Notes under the pieces: generated by a model
Databases searched by the model: none
Told to the model about the DNA's origin: nothing
Seen by the model: only the letters and a program-made list of their open reading frames with translations
Origin: Acidimicrobiia bacterium
GTDB lineage: Bacteria; Actinomycetota; Acidimicrobiia; Spongiisociales; UBA5794
Assembly: GCA_051011415.1 (NCBI GenBank)
Contig: JBPCTY010000135.1
Location: 1 to 49,117, forward strand
Direction of reading: 5' to 3'
Length of the DNA: 49,117 nucleotides
Translations under genes and position numbers: made by a program
Shown here: positions 22,973-32,344 of the stretch, piece by piece
Numbering within the stretch: the stretch's first letter is position 1
How the letters are laid out: the number at the start of each line of letters is the position of its first letter

Positions 22973-23682
22973 CGACCCTGGAAGCCGAAGCACCATCGAG
23001 GACAGCCCTCTCCCTCTCAGGAGTTGTGAAGGAGTATCCGGGAACACCTCCGGTGCGCGCACTCGCGGGTGTCGATCTTGAGATCGCTGACGGAGAGCTG
23101 GTGTCGATAGTCGGTCCTTCCGGTTCTGGAAAGTCAACGCTTCTCCACATCGTTGGAACCCTCGATCGGGCGACCAAAGGTGCGGTCCATGTAGCGGGAT
23201 ATGACGTCGCATCGCTCACCGACAAGAACCTCTCAGCGCTGCGGTCACAACACATCGGATTTGTGTTCCAACAGTTCTTCCTCCTCGCAGGAGAGACTGC
23301 TCGTGACAACGTTGCTGATGGGCTGCTGTACACGGGTATGGCCCTCGCCGAGCGTCGCGAGCTTGCATCGTTGTCACTTGAGAAGGTCGGCCTGTCCTCA
23401 CGCGCTGACCACATGGCTACGAAGCTCTCCGGCGGAGAACGTCAACGTGTCGCTATCGCAAGGGCCTTGATCGGCACGCCGAGCATTGTGTTGGCAGATG
23501 AACCCACTGGGAACCTCGATAGCAAATCAGGTGCATCAATCGTTTCGCTGCTGGAGGATCTCAACCATGATGGGACCACCATCGTCGTGATAACCCACGA
23601 CAGGGAGATCGCAAGCCAGTTTCCTCGGCAGATCGGCATTCTCGATGGACGGATCGAGCACGACAACAGGCAACCAAGATGA
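22969..23682 (+). CDS. ABC transporter ATP-binding protein (LolD/MacB-type)
   Basis: Contains GPSGSGKST, IGFVFQQF, LSGGERQRVAIARAL, LADEPTGNLD and ITHD. Confidence 0.95.
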   Translation: MTTLEAEAPSRTALSLSGVVKEYPGTPPVRALAGVDLEIADGELVSIVGPSGSGKSTLLHIVGTLDRATKGAVHVAGYDVASLTDKNLSALRSQHIGFVFQQFFLLAGETARDNVADGLLYTGMALAERRELASLSLEKVGLSSRADHMATKLSGGERQRVAIARALIGTPSIVLADEPTGNLDSKSGASIVSLLEDLNHDGTTIVVITHDREIASQFPRQIGILDGRIEHDNRQPR

Positions 23683-24896
23683 CCACAGCGAACCTTTCGG
23701 ACGAGATCGCGCCGTCTCGGCTGGCGCCAGCGGACGCCGTCCGGGCCGCAGGCATCGGGCTACGCACCAGACGTCTCCGGTCGATCCTCTCCGCACTCGG
23801 CATCATGATCGGCATCGGGGCCATGGTCGCCGTGCTCGGGCTCTCCGAATCTTCGAAATCGGACTTGCTGTCTCAGCTCGATCGGCTTGGAACCAACATG
23901 CTTCAGGTCCAGGCGGGAACCGGAATCGGGCTTGGATCAGGGACGCTGCCTGAGGATTCCCCAGCGATGGTTGGAAGAATCGCACCGGTCGAGACGGTCG
24001 CTGCCGTGGCCGAGGTCACCTCGGCCAACGTGTACCGCAGTGACCTGGTGCCACCTGGACAAAGCGGGGGACTCTCCGTCTACGCCGCTGACGACCACCT
24101 CATCTTCACCCTGCAAGGAGCTATGGCCGAAGGTGTGTTTCTCGACGGCGCCTCGCCGGACTATCCGGTGACCGTGCTCGGAGCTGTCGCTGCAGAGCGA
24201 CTCGGTATCAGATCGTTGGACCAGCCGACGCGAGTTTGGTTAGGTGGCGAGTGGTTCACGGTGGTTGGGATCATGGAGGGTCTTGAACTGTCCCCCGATC
24301 TCGACCGAGCGGCGTTGGTCACCCATAACGCGGCGGAGACCTATCTGGATCAGGACCTCGTCCCGTCGACGCTCTACGTGCGCACGGACCCGGCGTCCGT
24401 CGACGATGTGCGAAACGTCATGGCTGCCACGGTCAACCCGGAGAATCCAGATCAGGTTGAGGTAACACGTCCATCCGATGCGCTCGAGGCCAGAGAGGCG
24501 GCAGAGTCCGCACTCACCAATCTGTTCCTTGGTCTTGGTGCAGTCGCCCTCCTCGTCGGAGGCGTCGGCATCGCAAATGTCATGGTCATTTCCGTTCTCG
24601 AGAGACGCGGCGAGATCGGACTCCGTCGGGCGCTCGGCGCGACGAGACGACATATCTCAGTGCAATTCCTCGGTGAGTCGTTGCTGCTCGCAGGAATCGG
24701 TGGACTCGGCGGCGTGGCACTCGGTGCCGCAGTAACGGCTACGTATGCATGGCTGCAAGGATGGAACGTGCTGATACCGATGATTGCGATCGTCGGCGGC
24801 TTGGTGGCTGCACTGTTGATCGGTGCGGTGGCGGGCCTGTACCCAGCGATGAGAGCAGCCAGAGTGTCGCCGACCGAAGCCCTGAGAACCCTGTGA
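23679..24896 (+). CDS. ABC transporter permease (MacB/FtsX-type)
   Basis: Contains RLRSILSALGIMIG, GGVGIANVM, ERRGEIGLRRALGA, QFLGES and YPAMRAARVSPTEAL. Confidence 0.95.
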   Translation: MTTANLSDEIAPSRLAPADAVRAAGIGLRTRRLRSILSALGIMIGIGAMVAVLGLSESSKSDLLSQLDRLGTNMLQVQAGTGIGLGSGTLPEDSPAMVGRIAPVETVAAVAEVTSANVYRSDLVPPGQSGGLSVYAADDHLIFTLQGAMAEGVFLDGASPDYPVTVLGAVAAERLGIRSLDQPTRVWLGGEWFTVVGIMEGLELSPDLDRAALVTHNAAETYLDQDLVPSTLYVRTDPASVDDVRNVMAATVNPENPDQVEVTRPSDALEAREAAESALTNLFLGLGAVALLVGGVGIANVMVISVLERRGEIGLRRALGATRRHISVQFLGESLLLAGIGGLGGVALGAAVTATYAWLQGWNVLIPMIAIVGGLVAALLIGAVAGLYPAMRAARVSPTEALRTL

Positions 24897-24941
24897 ATCG
24901 TTGCCCATGATTCAACGACTCCGGCGGTAGCCTTCCCGACC

Positions 24942-26315
24942 ATGGCCAGACGAATGATCACACTGCTTGCGTTGGCGTGCGCCCTTGTGCTTGTGGCTTC
25001 GGCGTGTGACAACTCCACGGACGGAACGACGACGACCTCCGGCAGCACGTCTGGATCGACCCTTCCAGGCGAGAGCACCACGACCGTGGCGCCGAGCACG
25101 ACTGTGCCAGCCGGCTCGATACCCGGTGAGAGTTCTGACTCGATCCCGGATGATGTCGCCGACCAAATTCGTTCAGAGATCGGTGAGGTCATGCTGCAGG
25201 TTGAGGAGTCGAGGGCCCTTCCGTTCCTTGAGATTCCAACGGTGACCATCCTCGACGAGGAGGAGTTCACCGCAAGAGTGAACGCAACGCTGCAGGAAGA
25301 TCTCGACCAGGAGGAGACTGAAGGCCTGGAGGCGATGTTCCAGCTGCTTGGCATGCTCGACGAATCCGTCGATCTCTATCAACTCCAAGTTGATCTGTAC
25401 ACGGAGCAAGTCGCAGGGTTCTACGACGGAGAAGCTGATGAGCTCGTCGTTCCTGTCGCCGTCGACGGGATCACCCCGTTGCAGGAGATCGTTATCGCCC
25501 ACGAGCTGGTGCACGCTCTCACTGACCAGCACTTTGATGCGATTGACGAATACAGCACGACGGTTGAGGAAGGAGTCGGCGACGACGCTTCGGCGGTTCT
25601 TGCGCTCATCGAAGGTGATGCAACGTATCAGCAGTTCCTCTATCTCGAGTCGTTCGATCCCGCACAAGCTGCAGCTGCGGCCCTCGAGGCCCTCACAATC
25701 GACACAACCGTGCTCGACTCTGCACCAGAGTGGATTCAACGAGATCTTTCTTTCCCATACGAGCAGGGTCTCGTCTTCGCTGGTGCGTTGATCGCAGACG
25801 GAGGTCTCAAGCGAATCGACGAGGCGTATCAGGCGCCACCGGTGTCGACCGAGCAGATTCTTGATCCAAACAAGTTCCTCCGTGGTGAACTTCCGGACCC
25901 AATCGAACCCCTCACAGTGGATCTTGCCGGTTGGGAGCTCTTTGACGAGGCAACCTTTGGCGAATGGGGTGTTCGCCTGCTGCTCATGGAAACCCTTTCG
26001 CCTGGCAATCTGGTGCAGGTTGCTGCGGGTTGGGGGAACGACACCTACCGAACGTTCCTGAACGGTCCGGAGACCGCCTTTGTGTGGTCATACCTCGCCG
26101 AAACGGAAGAGGACGCCGAGGAGCTCACGAATGCGCTGATTGCCCACAGCAGGGATGCCATGGGTGCGTCCGCCGCCGAGGAGTCAGGTGGCGGTCTGCT
26201 GTTCGCCGGCGGCGATCCCTACGTCTTTATCGATCGGATCGAGAATCAGATCTTCTACGTTGCAAGCACCGACGCGGTGGCTGGCGACGATCTTCGAACC
26301 CAGCTCGGTCTCTGA
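24942..26315 (+). CDS. Lipoprotein, putative zinc metallopeptidase (HExxH...E)
   Basis: Lipobox ASAC, Thr/Ser linker, AGFYD, AHELVHALTDQHF, ALIEGDA, FPY..G and PVSTEQIL.P. Confidence 0.75.
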   Translation: MARRMITLLALACALVLVASACDNSTDGTTTTSGSTSGSTLPGESTTTVAPSTTVPAGSIPGESSDSIPDDVADQIRSEIGEVMLQVEESRALPFLEIPTVTILDEEEFTARVNATLQEDLDQEETEGLEAMFQLLGMLDESVDLYQLQVDLYTEQVAGFYDGEADELVVPVAVDGITPLQEIVIAHELVHALTDQHFDAIDEYSTTVEEGVGDDASAVLALIEGDATYQQFLYLESFDPAQAAAAALEALTIDTTVLDSAPEWIQRDLSFPYEQGLVFAGALIADGGLKRIDEAYQAPPVSTEQILDPNKFLRGELPDPIEPLTVDLAGWELFDEATFGEWGVRLLLMETLSPGNLVQVAAGWGNDTYRTFLNGPETAFVWSYLAETEEDAEELTNALIAHSRDAMGASAAEESGGGLLFAGGDPYVFIDRIENQIFYVASTDAVAGDDLRTQLGL

Positions 26316-26354
26316 ACCAACCTTCACGCTGTAGTGCGTTGGTAGGCCGACGCC

Positions 26355-27389
26355 CTACACCTCGTCTTGGACGTTGCGTTCGAGATAATCCCGCAGATGG
26401 GCTGTGGTCGCTTGATATGCAACGAGCTCAAGCTCGGGTACAAAGCCGATCGCATCGTTGATACCGAGCATCGGGGCGTTGGATTGAGCGTTCTCTGTCT
26501 GGATGTGAGTTGTGTCGGGGAACCGGGCGAGTCCGCGCAGAATGCTGTCTGCCTTCAGCCACTTGCCGAGTGCGTGTCCACGGTGATTTCGGTGCACCAT
26601 CGTGAGGGTCGTGTTGAGCAGCGGTTCGGAATCGCTCACTCTCAGCAATTCTGAGAACCCAACAAGCGTGTCAGTTTCAATATGTCTGGCAACCGACGTA
26701 ATCCTGCTGTACAAGCCTGCTTGTCGGTCCAAACGCTCTCGGAGTGTGGTCCCAGTTTCGGTCTGTGGCTCCAGATCCAGGTCCTCGAACGGCATGTCTT
26801 CGTCCGCCATGACCAACAGCCCGGCCACTTGGTTGTCATATCTGCGCTCGTAGTCATCGTCCCATTGGAGCACTTCATACCCAGGTGCGCGGCTCGGCCC
26901 TTGTACACGCCATCGAGCAAGCATGGCGACATCGACGTCGGCGACTGCAACGACATTGATGTGCTCTCGCATGCCTTCATCTGCTCCAGACGATGCGGCA
27001 AACAAAGCGGAAGCGGGAACCGTGTTGACGGCGTCGGATGTGATCACTGTGCGGCCGGACCCTTCGGCTGTCTCAACTGCGGTCATCAGGAGTGACTTGC
27101 CGTGGCCGTTCCTTCGTGCATCCGGGCGTACAAAGAGCTGGAGCCATTGCAGATGCTCATTCGATCCGTCGGTGAAATGCGCGGTGATCCCGAGCGCGGC
27201 AAGGCCGTCGACGTCGTCGAGGCCAAAGAATCTGTATTCCATCTCCGTCGAGTTTCGCGCCCGGAGCTGGTCGGCTGTCGTGCCGGCATGCCTTGGAAAG
27301 ACTTCGCGTTGGCCACGGTTGTAGAACGGAAGAACCTTTGCCATGTCGACGTCCGAGGTGAACGGAAACAACTCGGTCAGCTTGCTCAT
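26355..27389 (-). CDS. Tandem GNAT acetyltransferase
   Basis: Two acetyl-CoA motifs (VRPDARRNGHG; VHRNHRGHALG) and TENAQSNAPMLGINDAIGF. Confidence 0.88.
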   Translation of the reverse strand: MSKLTELFPFTSDVDMAKVLPFYNRGQREVFPRHAGTTADQLRARNSTEMEYRFFGLDDVDGLAALGITAHFTDGSNEHLQWLQLFVRPDARRNGHGKSLLMTAVETAEGSGRTVITSDAVNTVPASALFAASSGADEGMREHINVVAVADVDVAMLARWRVQGPSRAPGYEVLQWDDDYERRYDNQVAGLLVMADEDMPFEDLDLEPQTETGTTLRERLDRQAGLYSRITSVARHIETDTLVGFSELLRVSDSEPLLNTTLTMVHRNHRGHALGKWLKADSILRGLARFPDTTHIQTENAQSNAPMLGINDAIGFVPELELVAYQATTAHLRDYLERNVQDEV

Positions 27390-27484
27390 CCGCGCGACCC
27401 TACCAAGGGGCTTGAATCGCCGTAGACGCGCGAATACAACCGACCCATGGGATTCCTAGGAGAACTAAGGAAGGTTGGCGTCGG

Positions 27485-27568
27485 TCAGCCGCGGCCAGCG
27501 TTTGGCTTGCGGCCGTGGTTCGCCTTCGAACGGCGAGCGCGGAGTTTGCGTCGTTTTGCCTTTGCCAT
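27485..27568 (-). CDS. 50S ribosomal protein bL37-like small basic protein
   Basis: MAKAKRRKLRARRSKANHGRKPNAGRG (27 aa). SKANHGxxPNA matches the actinobacterial bL37 pattern. Confidence 0.85.
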   Translation of the reverse strand: MAKAKRRKLRARRSKANHGRKPNAGRG

Positions 27569-27586
27569 AGTTGTGGAAGCGTACCA

Positions 27587-27964
27587 ATGAGCGACTGGTA
27601 CCGCAGGGTGAACCTCGCTTCTGGCAACTGGTGCATGCACGGCGTTCCCGTCCTTCCTAAGGGCAGACAACGACGCCAGGGTCTGAAAGAAGCGCATCTG
27701 GACGCTGTCCTCATAAAAGCGCGCTCGGTGCACACGATACGAATGCGCGAGTCGATCATGGTTGTCAGCCTTGGTCACGATGGCGTGGTGGGTACCGTGC
27801 GTCGCGTAAGCGCAAACCGGGTGATTCTGACCGGGCCATGGGTGCTCGAACATCGGTCGCGGTTGCCTTCGCCGGCACCGCACAGTGTGGTCACGGTCGT
27901 GGCATCATCGGGTCATGGCCGGAACCCTTGTGATGTGTGCGACCCCGATCGGCAACCTCGATGA
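27587..27964 (+). CDS. Divergent DUF192 (UPF0127)-like protein
   Basis: R..GL...SVHTIRM...I.VV.L..DGVV...WVLE resembles the DUF192 pattern. The 3' end overlaps rsmI by 50 nt. Confidence 0.45.
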   Translation: MSDWYRRVNLASGNWCMHGVPVLPKGRQRRQGLKEAHLDAVLIKARSVHTIRMRESIMVVSLGHDGVVGTVRRVSANRVILTGPWVLEHRSRLPSPAPHSVVTVVASSGHGRNPCDVCDPDRQPR

Positions 27965-28745
27965 CGTGAGTCCGCGGCTCGCAGGCGAGCTCAAGGGAGC
28001 CGACGTGATCTTTGCCGAGGACACTCGCCGGACCGCCAAGCTTCTCAACCACCTTGGCATCGACACGCCGATGCGCTCGTACTTTGCAGGAAACGAGCGC
28101 ACCCGCAACGAAGAGCTCGGGCAGCTACTCGCCGATGGCGCACGCATTGCCCTCGTTTCGGATGCCGGAACACCCGTGGTCAGCGACCCCGGTGCCTCGG
28201 CTGTAGCGACCGCAATCGAAGTCGGTGCCGACGTAACCGCGATCGCTGGACCAAGCGCCCCGGTGGTCGCGCTGTCGCTCTCGGGGTTTGACGGAGATCG
28301 CTTTGTGTTCGACGGATTCCTGCCGAGAAAGGGCCGCAAGCGATCCGAGTACCTCTCGGAGATTGGGGTTCAGACCAGAACCACCGTCATATTCTCGGCA
28401 CCATCGCGGATCGCAGCCGATCTTGTCGATCTCGCCGATGCGTGCGGAGCCGACCGTCCGGTCATGATCGCTCGCGAGCTCACCAAGCTTCATGAGACGC
28501 TGTACAGGACGACTCTTGGCGAAGCGCCGGCTCTATTCGAGGACGGCGAACATGCTCGCGGCGAGTTCTGTGTGGTGATCCGTGGCGCGAGTCAGCGACC
28601 GCCGAGCCTCGATGAAGCTACAACGGCCGCTGCGGCCCTGATCGATTCGGGCTCATCCACATCCGATGCAGTGAAGGAAATCGCCGCAGCCCACGGCGTG
28701 TCGCGTCGTGAGCTCTACGAACGTGTCTTGTCCGAACGGTCCTAG
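27915..28745 (+). CDS. rsmI: 16S rRNA (cytidine1402-2'-O)-methyltransferase
   Basis: Contains ATPIGNLDD, AEDTRRT, VSDAGTPVVSDPG, GFLPRK and ARELTKLHE. Confidence 0.95.
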   Translation: MAGTLVMCATPIGNLDDVSPRLAGELKGADVIFAEDTRRTAKLLNHLGIDTPMRSYFAGNERTRNEELGQLLADGARIALVSDAGTPVVSDPGASAVATAIEVGADVTAIAGPSAPVVALSLSGFDGDRFVFDGFLPRKGRKRSEYLSEIGVQTRTTVIFSAPSRIAADLVDLADACGADRPVMIARELTKLHETLYRTTLGEAPALFEDGEHARGEFCVVIRGASQRPPSLDEATTAAAALIDSGSSTSDAVKEIAAAHGVSRRELYERVLSERS

Positions 28746-28981
28746 ATGGAGCTGAGGCGGATGCGACAGTCGTCGCAGATTCCTCTGCCCTCGAAGTTCT
28801 CGAGCTTTTCCGTTGCCTCGCAAAAGACACACGTCGCCTCGAGCTTGCGGAGAACGATCCCACCATTCTCCACTGTGATTGCCAACTCGTCCCCCTCATG
28901 GATGTTGAACAGGCGGCGTGTCTCAGCCGGGACGACGACCCTCCCGAGATCGTCGATCTTCCTGACCATGAGTGTGTTCAA
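28742..28981 (-). CDS. abrB: AbrB-family transition-state regulator with C-terminal CxxC...CxxC
   Basis: Contains VRKIDDLGRVVVPAE.RR and IVLRK...CVFC...GICDDC. TTG start with a GGAGG RBS. Confidence 0.88.
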   Translation of the reverse strand: MNTLMVRKIDDLGRVVVPAETRRLFNIHEGDELAITVENGGIVLRKLEATCVFCEATEKLENFEGRGICDDCRIRLSSI

Positions 28982-29101
28982 GTGAACCTCCAGTCAAAGT
29001 GTCGATCCTGGCGACCGACGGCGGGAGGGTAGATGCGATTTCCAGATGGTGGCAGTAGTTGGAAACTGGAGACCATCGCCGGTCAAGTACCATCCCGCGT
29101 C

Positions 29102-30757
29102 ATGACCAACCAACCTCCCAAGAAGGTTCTCGTCGCGGTCGCCTGGCCCTATGCGCAGGGTCCGTTGCACCTTGGGCACATGGCCGGTGCGTATCTCCCC
29201 GCCGACATATACGCCCGCTACAGACGGGCAAAGGGCGATGACGTGCTCATGGTGTCGGGATCTGACGTCCACGGCACTCCGATCACAGTGAAGGCAGATC
29301 AGCTTGGGGTTACACCTCAAGAGATAGTGGACAAGTTTCATCCGGAGTTCCTCACCTACTGGGCCGACCTCGGAATCAGCTTTGATCTCTTCACGACGAC
29401 CGGTACCGATACCCACCGACGGGTAGTGCAGGAGTTCTTCCTCACCCTTCTCGAGAATGGCTACCTCTACACCGAGGTCTCAGAGCAGTACTACGACGAG
29501 ACAGCGCAAAGGTTTCTTCCCGACCGATACGTCGAGGGCACCTGTCCGCACTGCGGAAACACCAAGGCTCGTGGCGACCAGTGCGACAACTGCGGTAAGA
29601 CCCTCGACCCGACCGATCTCATCGATCCGTTGAGCGCATTGACGTCGACAACTCCAGTGCTGAGGGACACCGAGCACTTCTATTGGAAGCTGAGCGAGTT
29701 CAATGAGCCTCTTCTTGAGTGGCTCGACTCTCGTGAAGGCTGGAGGCCGCACGTCCTCAATTTCGCAAAGGGGATGGTGTCCGACGGGCTCCACGACCGA
29801 GCGTTCACCAGAGACCTTGAGTGGGGGATTCCGATCCCAGTCGATGACCTCGGCGAAGGGAAGTCGATCTACGTGTGGTGGGAGGCAGTGATGGGGTACC
29901 TGTCCGCGCCACAGGAGTGGGCTGAGCAGCAGGGCACCCCCGATGCGTGGAAGGCATGGTGGGAAGATCCCGATGCCGAGACGTACTACTTCCTCGGAAA
30001 GGACAACATTCCTTTCCACGCCATCTACTGGCCGGCCCTGATCATGGGGCATGGCGGGCTGAACCTGCCGACCAACGTGCCGGCAAATCAGTATGTGACG
30101 TTCGGTGGCCGAAAGGCATCGAAGTCGACCGGTGTCGGTGAGAGCTTGGGTTGGTATCTGGATCGGTTCGAGGTCGACGGGCTCCGGTACGCGGTCGCCC
30201 AGACGCTTCCGGAAAACAACGATTCCGACCTCTCTGACGATGAAATTGCACGGCGGATCAACGATGAACTGGTGGCCACTTGGGGAAACCTCGTGAACCG
30301 CGTCGTGTCCATGGTCAGCCGATATTTCGACGGCGTCGTTCCCGAGCCGGGTGAGCTGTCCGAAGGCGACACAACTGCGCTTGAGCAGAGCCGTGAGACC
30401 TTTGCGGAGACGGGGGAACTCCTCGACGAGGTCAGGTTGCGGGCAGGGATCGCACGAGCCATGAAGGGCGCCCAGGACGCAAACGTGTATCTGAATGAAG
30501 TCGCACCTTGGACCACTGCAAAGACAGACATGGTTCGCACCGCAACAAGCCTGTGGGCAGCGCTACAAATGATCGCATCGAGCGCCGTGGCCTTGGCGCC
30601 ATACATGCCACGCACGTCTGCCGATGTGCTTCGAACGGTCGGTATTGATGTGCCGCAGTCCGGTCCTCGATGGGAACTTGTTCCCGTAGAGCCGGGAACT
30701 CGGCTTGGTGAGCTTCCACCGTTGTTCGCAAAGGTCGAACTGGATCCGGAGGAGTAG
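29102..30757 (+). CDS. metG: Methionine--tRNA ligase (no C-terminal tRNA-binding domain)
   Basis: Contains AWPYA.G.LHLGH, SGSDVHG, zinc knuckle CPHC/CDNC, TRDLEWG, GKDNIPFH and KASKS. Confidence 0.97.
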   Translation: MTNQPPKKVLVAVAWPYAQGPLHLGHMAGAYLPADIYARYRRAKGDDVLMVSGSDVHGTPITVKADQLGVTPQEIVDKFHPEFLTYWADLGISFDLFTTTGTDTHRRVVQEFFLTLLENGYLYTEVSEQYYDETAQRFLPDRYVEGTCPHCGNTKARGDQCDNCGKTLDPTDLIDPLSALTSTTPVLRDTEHFYWKLSEFNEPLLEWLDSREGWRPHVLNFAKGMVSDGLHDRAFTRDLEWGIPIPVDDLGEGKSIYVWWEAVMGYLSAPQEWAEQQGTPDAWKAWWEDPDAETYYFLGKDNIPFHAIYWPALIMGHGGLNLPTNVPANQYVTFGGRKASKSTGVGESLGWYLDRFEVDGLRYAVAQTLPENNDSDLSDDEIARRINDELVATWGNLVNRVVSMVSRYFDGVVPEPGELSEGDTTALEQSRETFAETGELLDEVRLRAGIARAMKGAQDANVYLNEVAPWTTAKTDMVRTATSLWAALQMIASSAVALAPYMPRTSADVLRTVGIDVPQSGPRWELVPVEPGTRLGELPPLFAKVELDPEE

Positions 30758-30759
30758 GC

Positions 30760-31530
30760 GTGGATCGGCCCCGCTGGGTAGACACCCATGGCCACCTCTT
30801 CCTACTCGATGAACAACCCGACGTCGTGCTCGAACGTGCGACTGACGCTGGTGTCGATTGGCTCGTATGTCCCGGCGTCGACGTTGCGTCATCTCTGGAG
30901 TCGAAGGCAATAGCCAGCGCACACCCTGACAAGGTTCTATGGACCGCAGGGCTCCATCCGCACGAGGCATCATCGTGGAAGTCGGAAGCCGATCGCATTG
31001 GTGCACTCGCCGCAGAAGCAGATGCAGTCGGTGAGTGTGGCTTGGACTGGTATCGAGAGCTGAGTCCTCGGGTGGATCAGATGGTCGCCTTCGTCGCCCA
31101 GGTCGAGATGGCGCGTTCTCTCGGAAAGCCGCTGATCGTTCACTGTCGGGATGCCTTCTCGGATGTCTACGAAGTACTCGGTGAGGCTGGCCTCGGGTGC
31201 AAAGCGGTTCTGCATTGCTGGACAGGCGGCCCTAAATGGACCCGTCGGTTCCGCGACCTTGGAGTCACCTTCTCGTTCGCCGGCCCTCTGACCTTCCGAA
31301 CCGGGGAGACGCTGCGTCTGGGTGCCGAGCAGGCGCCGCCGGATCAAACGATGGTCGAGACCGACGCGCCGTATCTCACGCCCGAACCCTTGCGCGGCAG
31401 TGCCAATGAGCCAGCGAATGTCGGGCTTACCGGAGCCATGCTTGCGGAAGTCTGGGGTGAGGATGTAGCGACAGTTGCGAAGGCAACTTCCGAGACTGCC
31501 GCAAAGGTCTTCGGAGGGCCGAATGGCTGA
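30760..31530 (+). CDS. tatD: TatD family hydrolase
   Basis: Contains DTHGHL, GLHPHEA, VGECGLD, HCRDA, LHCW and ETDAPYLTP. Confidence 0.95.
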   Translation: MDRPRWVDTHGHLFLLDEQPDVVLERATDAGVDWLVCPGVDVASSLESKAIASAHPDKVLWTAGLHPHEASSWKSEADRIGALAAEADAVGECGLDWYRELSPRVDQMVAFVAQVEMARSLGKPLIVHCRDAFSDVYEVLGEAGLGCKAVLHCWTGGPKWTRRFRDLGVTFSFAGPLTFRTGETLRLGAEQAPPDQTMVETDAPYLTPEPLRGSANEPANVGLTGAMLAEVWGEDVATVAKATSETAAKVFGGPNG

Positions 31531-32344
31531 GAATGGACAACCACGGTCCGAGGTACGGAGGTTGCTTGATGACGCCGGGCATCGCCCAAACAAGAACCGC
31601 GGGCAGAACTTCCTCACCGACCCGAATATCGTCGACAAGATTGTTGAGGTCGCCAACGTCGACGACAGCGCGGTGATTGAGATCGGAGCCGGCACAGGTG
31701 CACTCACGGCTGCCCTGGCGAAGGCCGCACGGCGTGTGATCGCGTACGAGATCGACGAAGGCCTCCGTCCGATTCTGGATCACGCGTTCGACGAGTCATC
31801 CAACGTTGAACTGCGCTACGCCGACGCTGCGTCGCTTGACTTCGGCCGCATCCTTGATACCGAACCGTGGACGATGGTCTCGAACCTTCCGTACAACGTC
31901 GGAACCGGGATCATTCTTGATGCCCTGCGAACTGCGCCGATGATTGTCCGCTTCGTGGTGATGGTGCAACGTGAGGTTGGCGACCGACTGCTCGCCCAAC
32001 CAGGAAGTCGCACCTACGGATTGCCGTCGGTTGTCGTTGGCCTGCATGCAACAGGGAGACAAGCACTGACGGTTCCAGCACACGTATTCGAGCCGGCACC
32101 AAGGGTTGAGTCATCGGTCGTTGTCCTCGAGCGAACGAACGCAAGCGAGTGGTCGGAAGGTGCGATCGCAGTTGCCATGGCGGCGTTCAATCAGCGAAGA
32201 AAGATGTTGAGAAAGTCGTTGGCGACGATGTTCGTTGATCCGGTGGCGACGCTTGAAGCGTCAGGGATCGACCCAACGCTGAGACCCGAGCAGCTGTCGC
32301 CGCTCGACTACGTTGCGATTGCCAAGGTGGGAGGAGTCGCTTGA
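31523..32344 (+). CDS. rsmA: 16S rRNA m6,2A dimethyltransferase
   Basis: Contains GQNFL, EIGAGTGALT, EID, NLPYNV, MVQREV and FNQRRKML. Confidence 0.96.
   Translation: MAENGQPRSEVRRLLDDAGHRPNKNRGQNFLTDPNIVDKIVEVANVDDSAVIEIGAGTGALTAALAKAARRVIAYEIDEGLRPILDHAFDESSNVELRYADAASLDFGRILDTEPWTMVSNLPYNVGTGIILDALRTAPMIVRFVVMVQREVGDRLLAQPGSRTYGLPSVVVGLHATGRQALTVPAHVFEPAPRVESSVVVLERTNASEWSEGAIAVAMAAFNQRRKMLRKSLATMFVDPVATLEASGIDPTLRPEQLSPLDYVAIAKVGGVA

Noticed and set aside
28742-28981. AbrB/MazE-type antitoxin of a toxin-antitoxin pair
   Set aside because: There is no adjacent co-oriented toxin gene. The sequence and Cys-rich tail match transition-state regulators.
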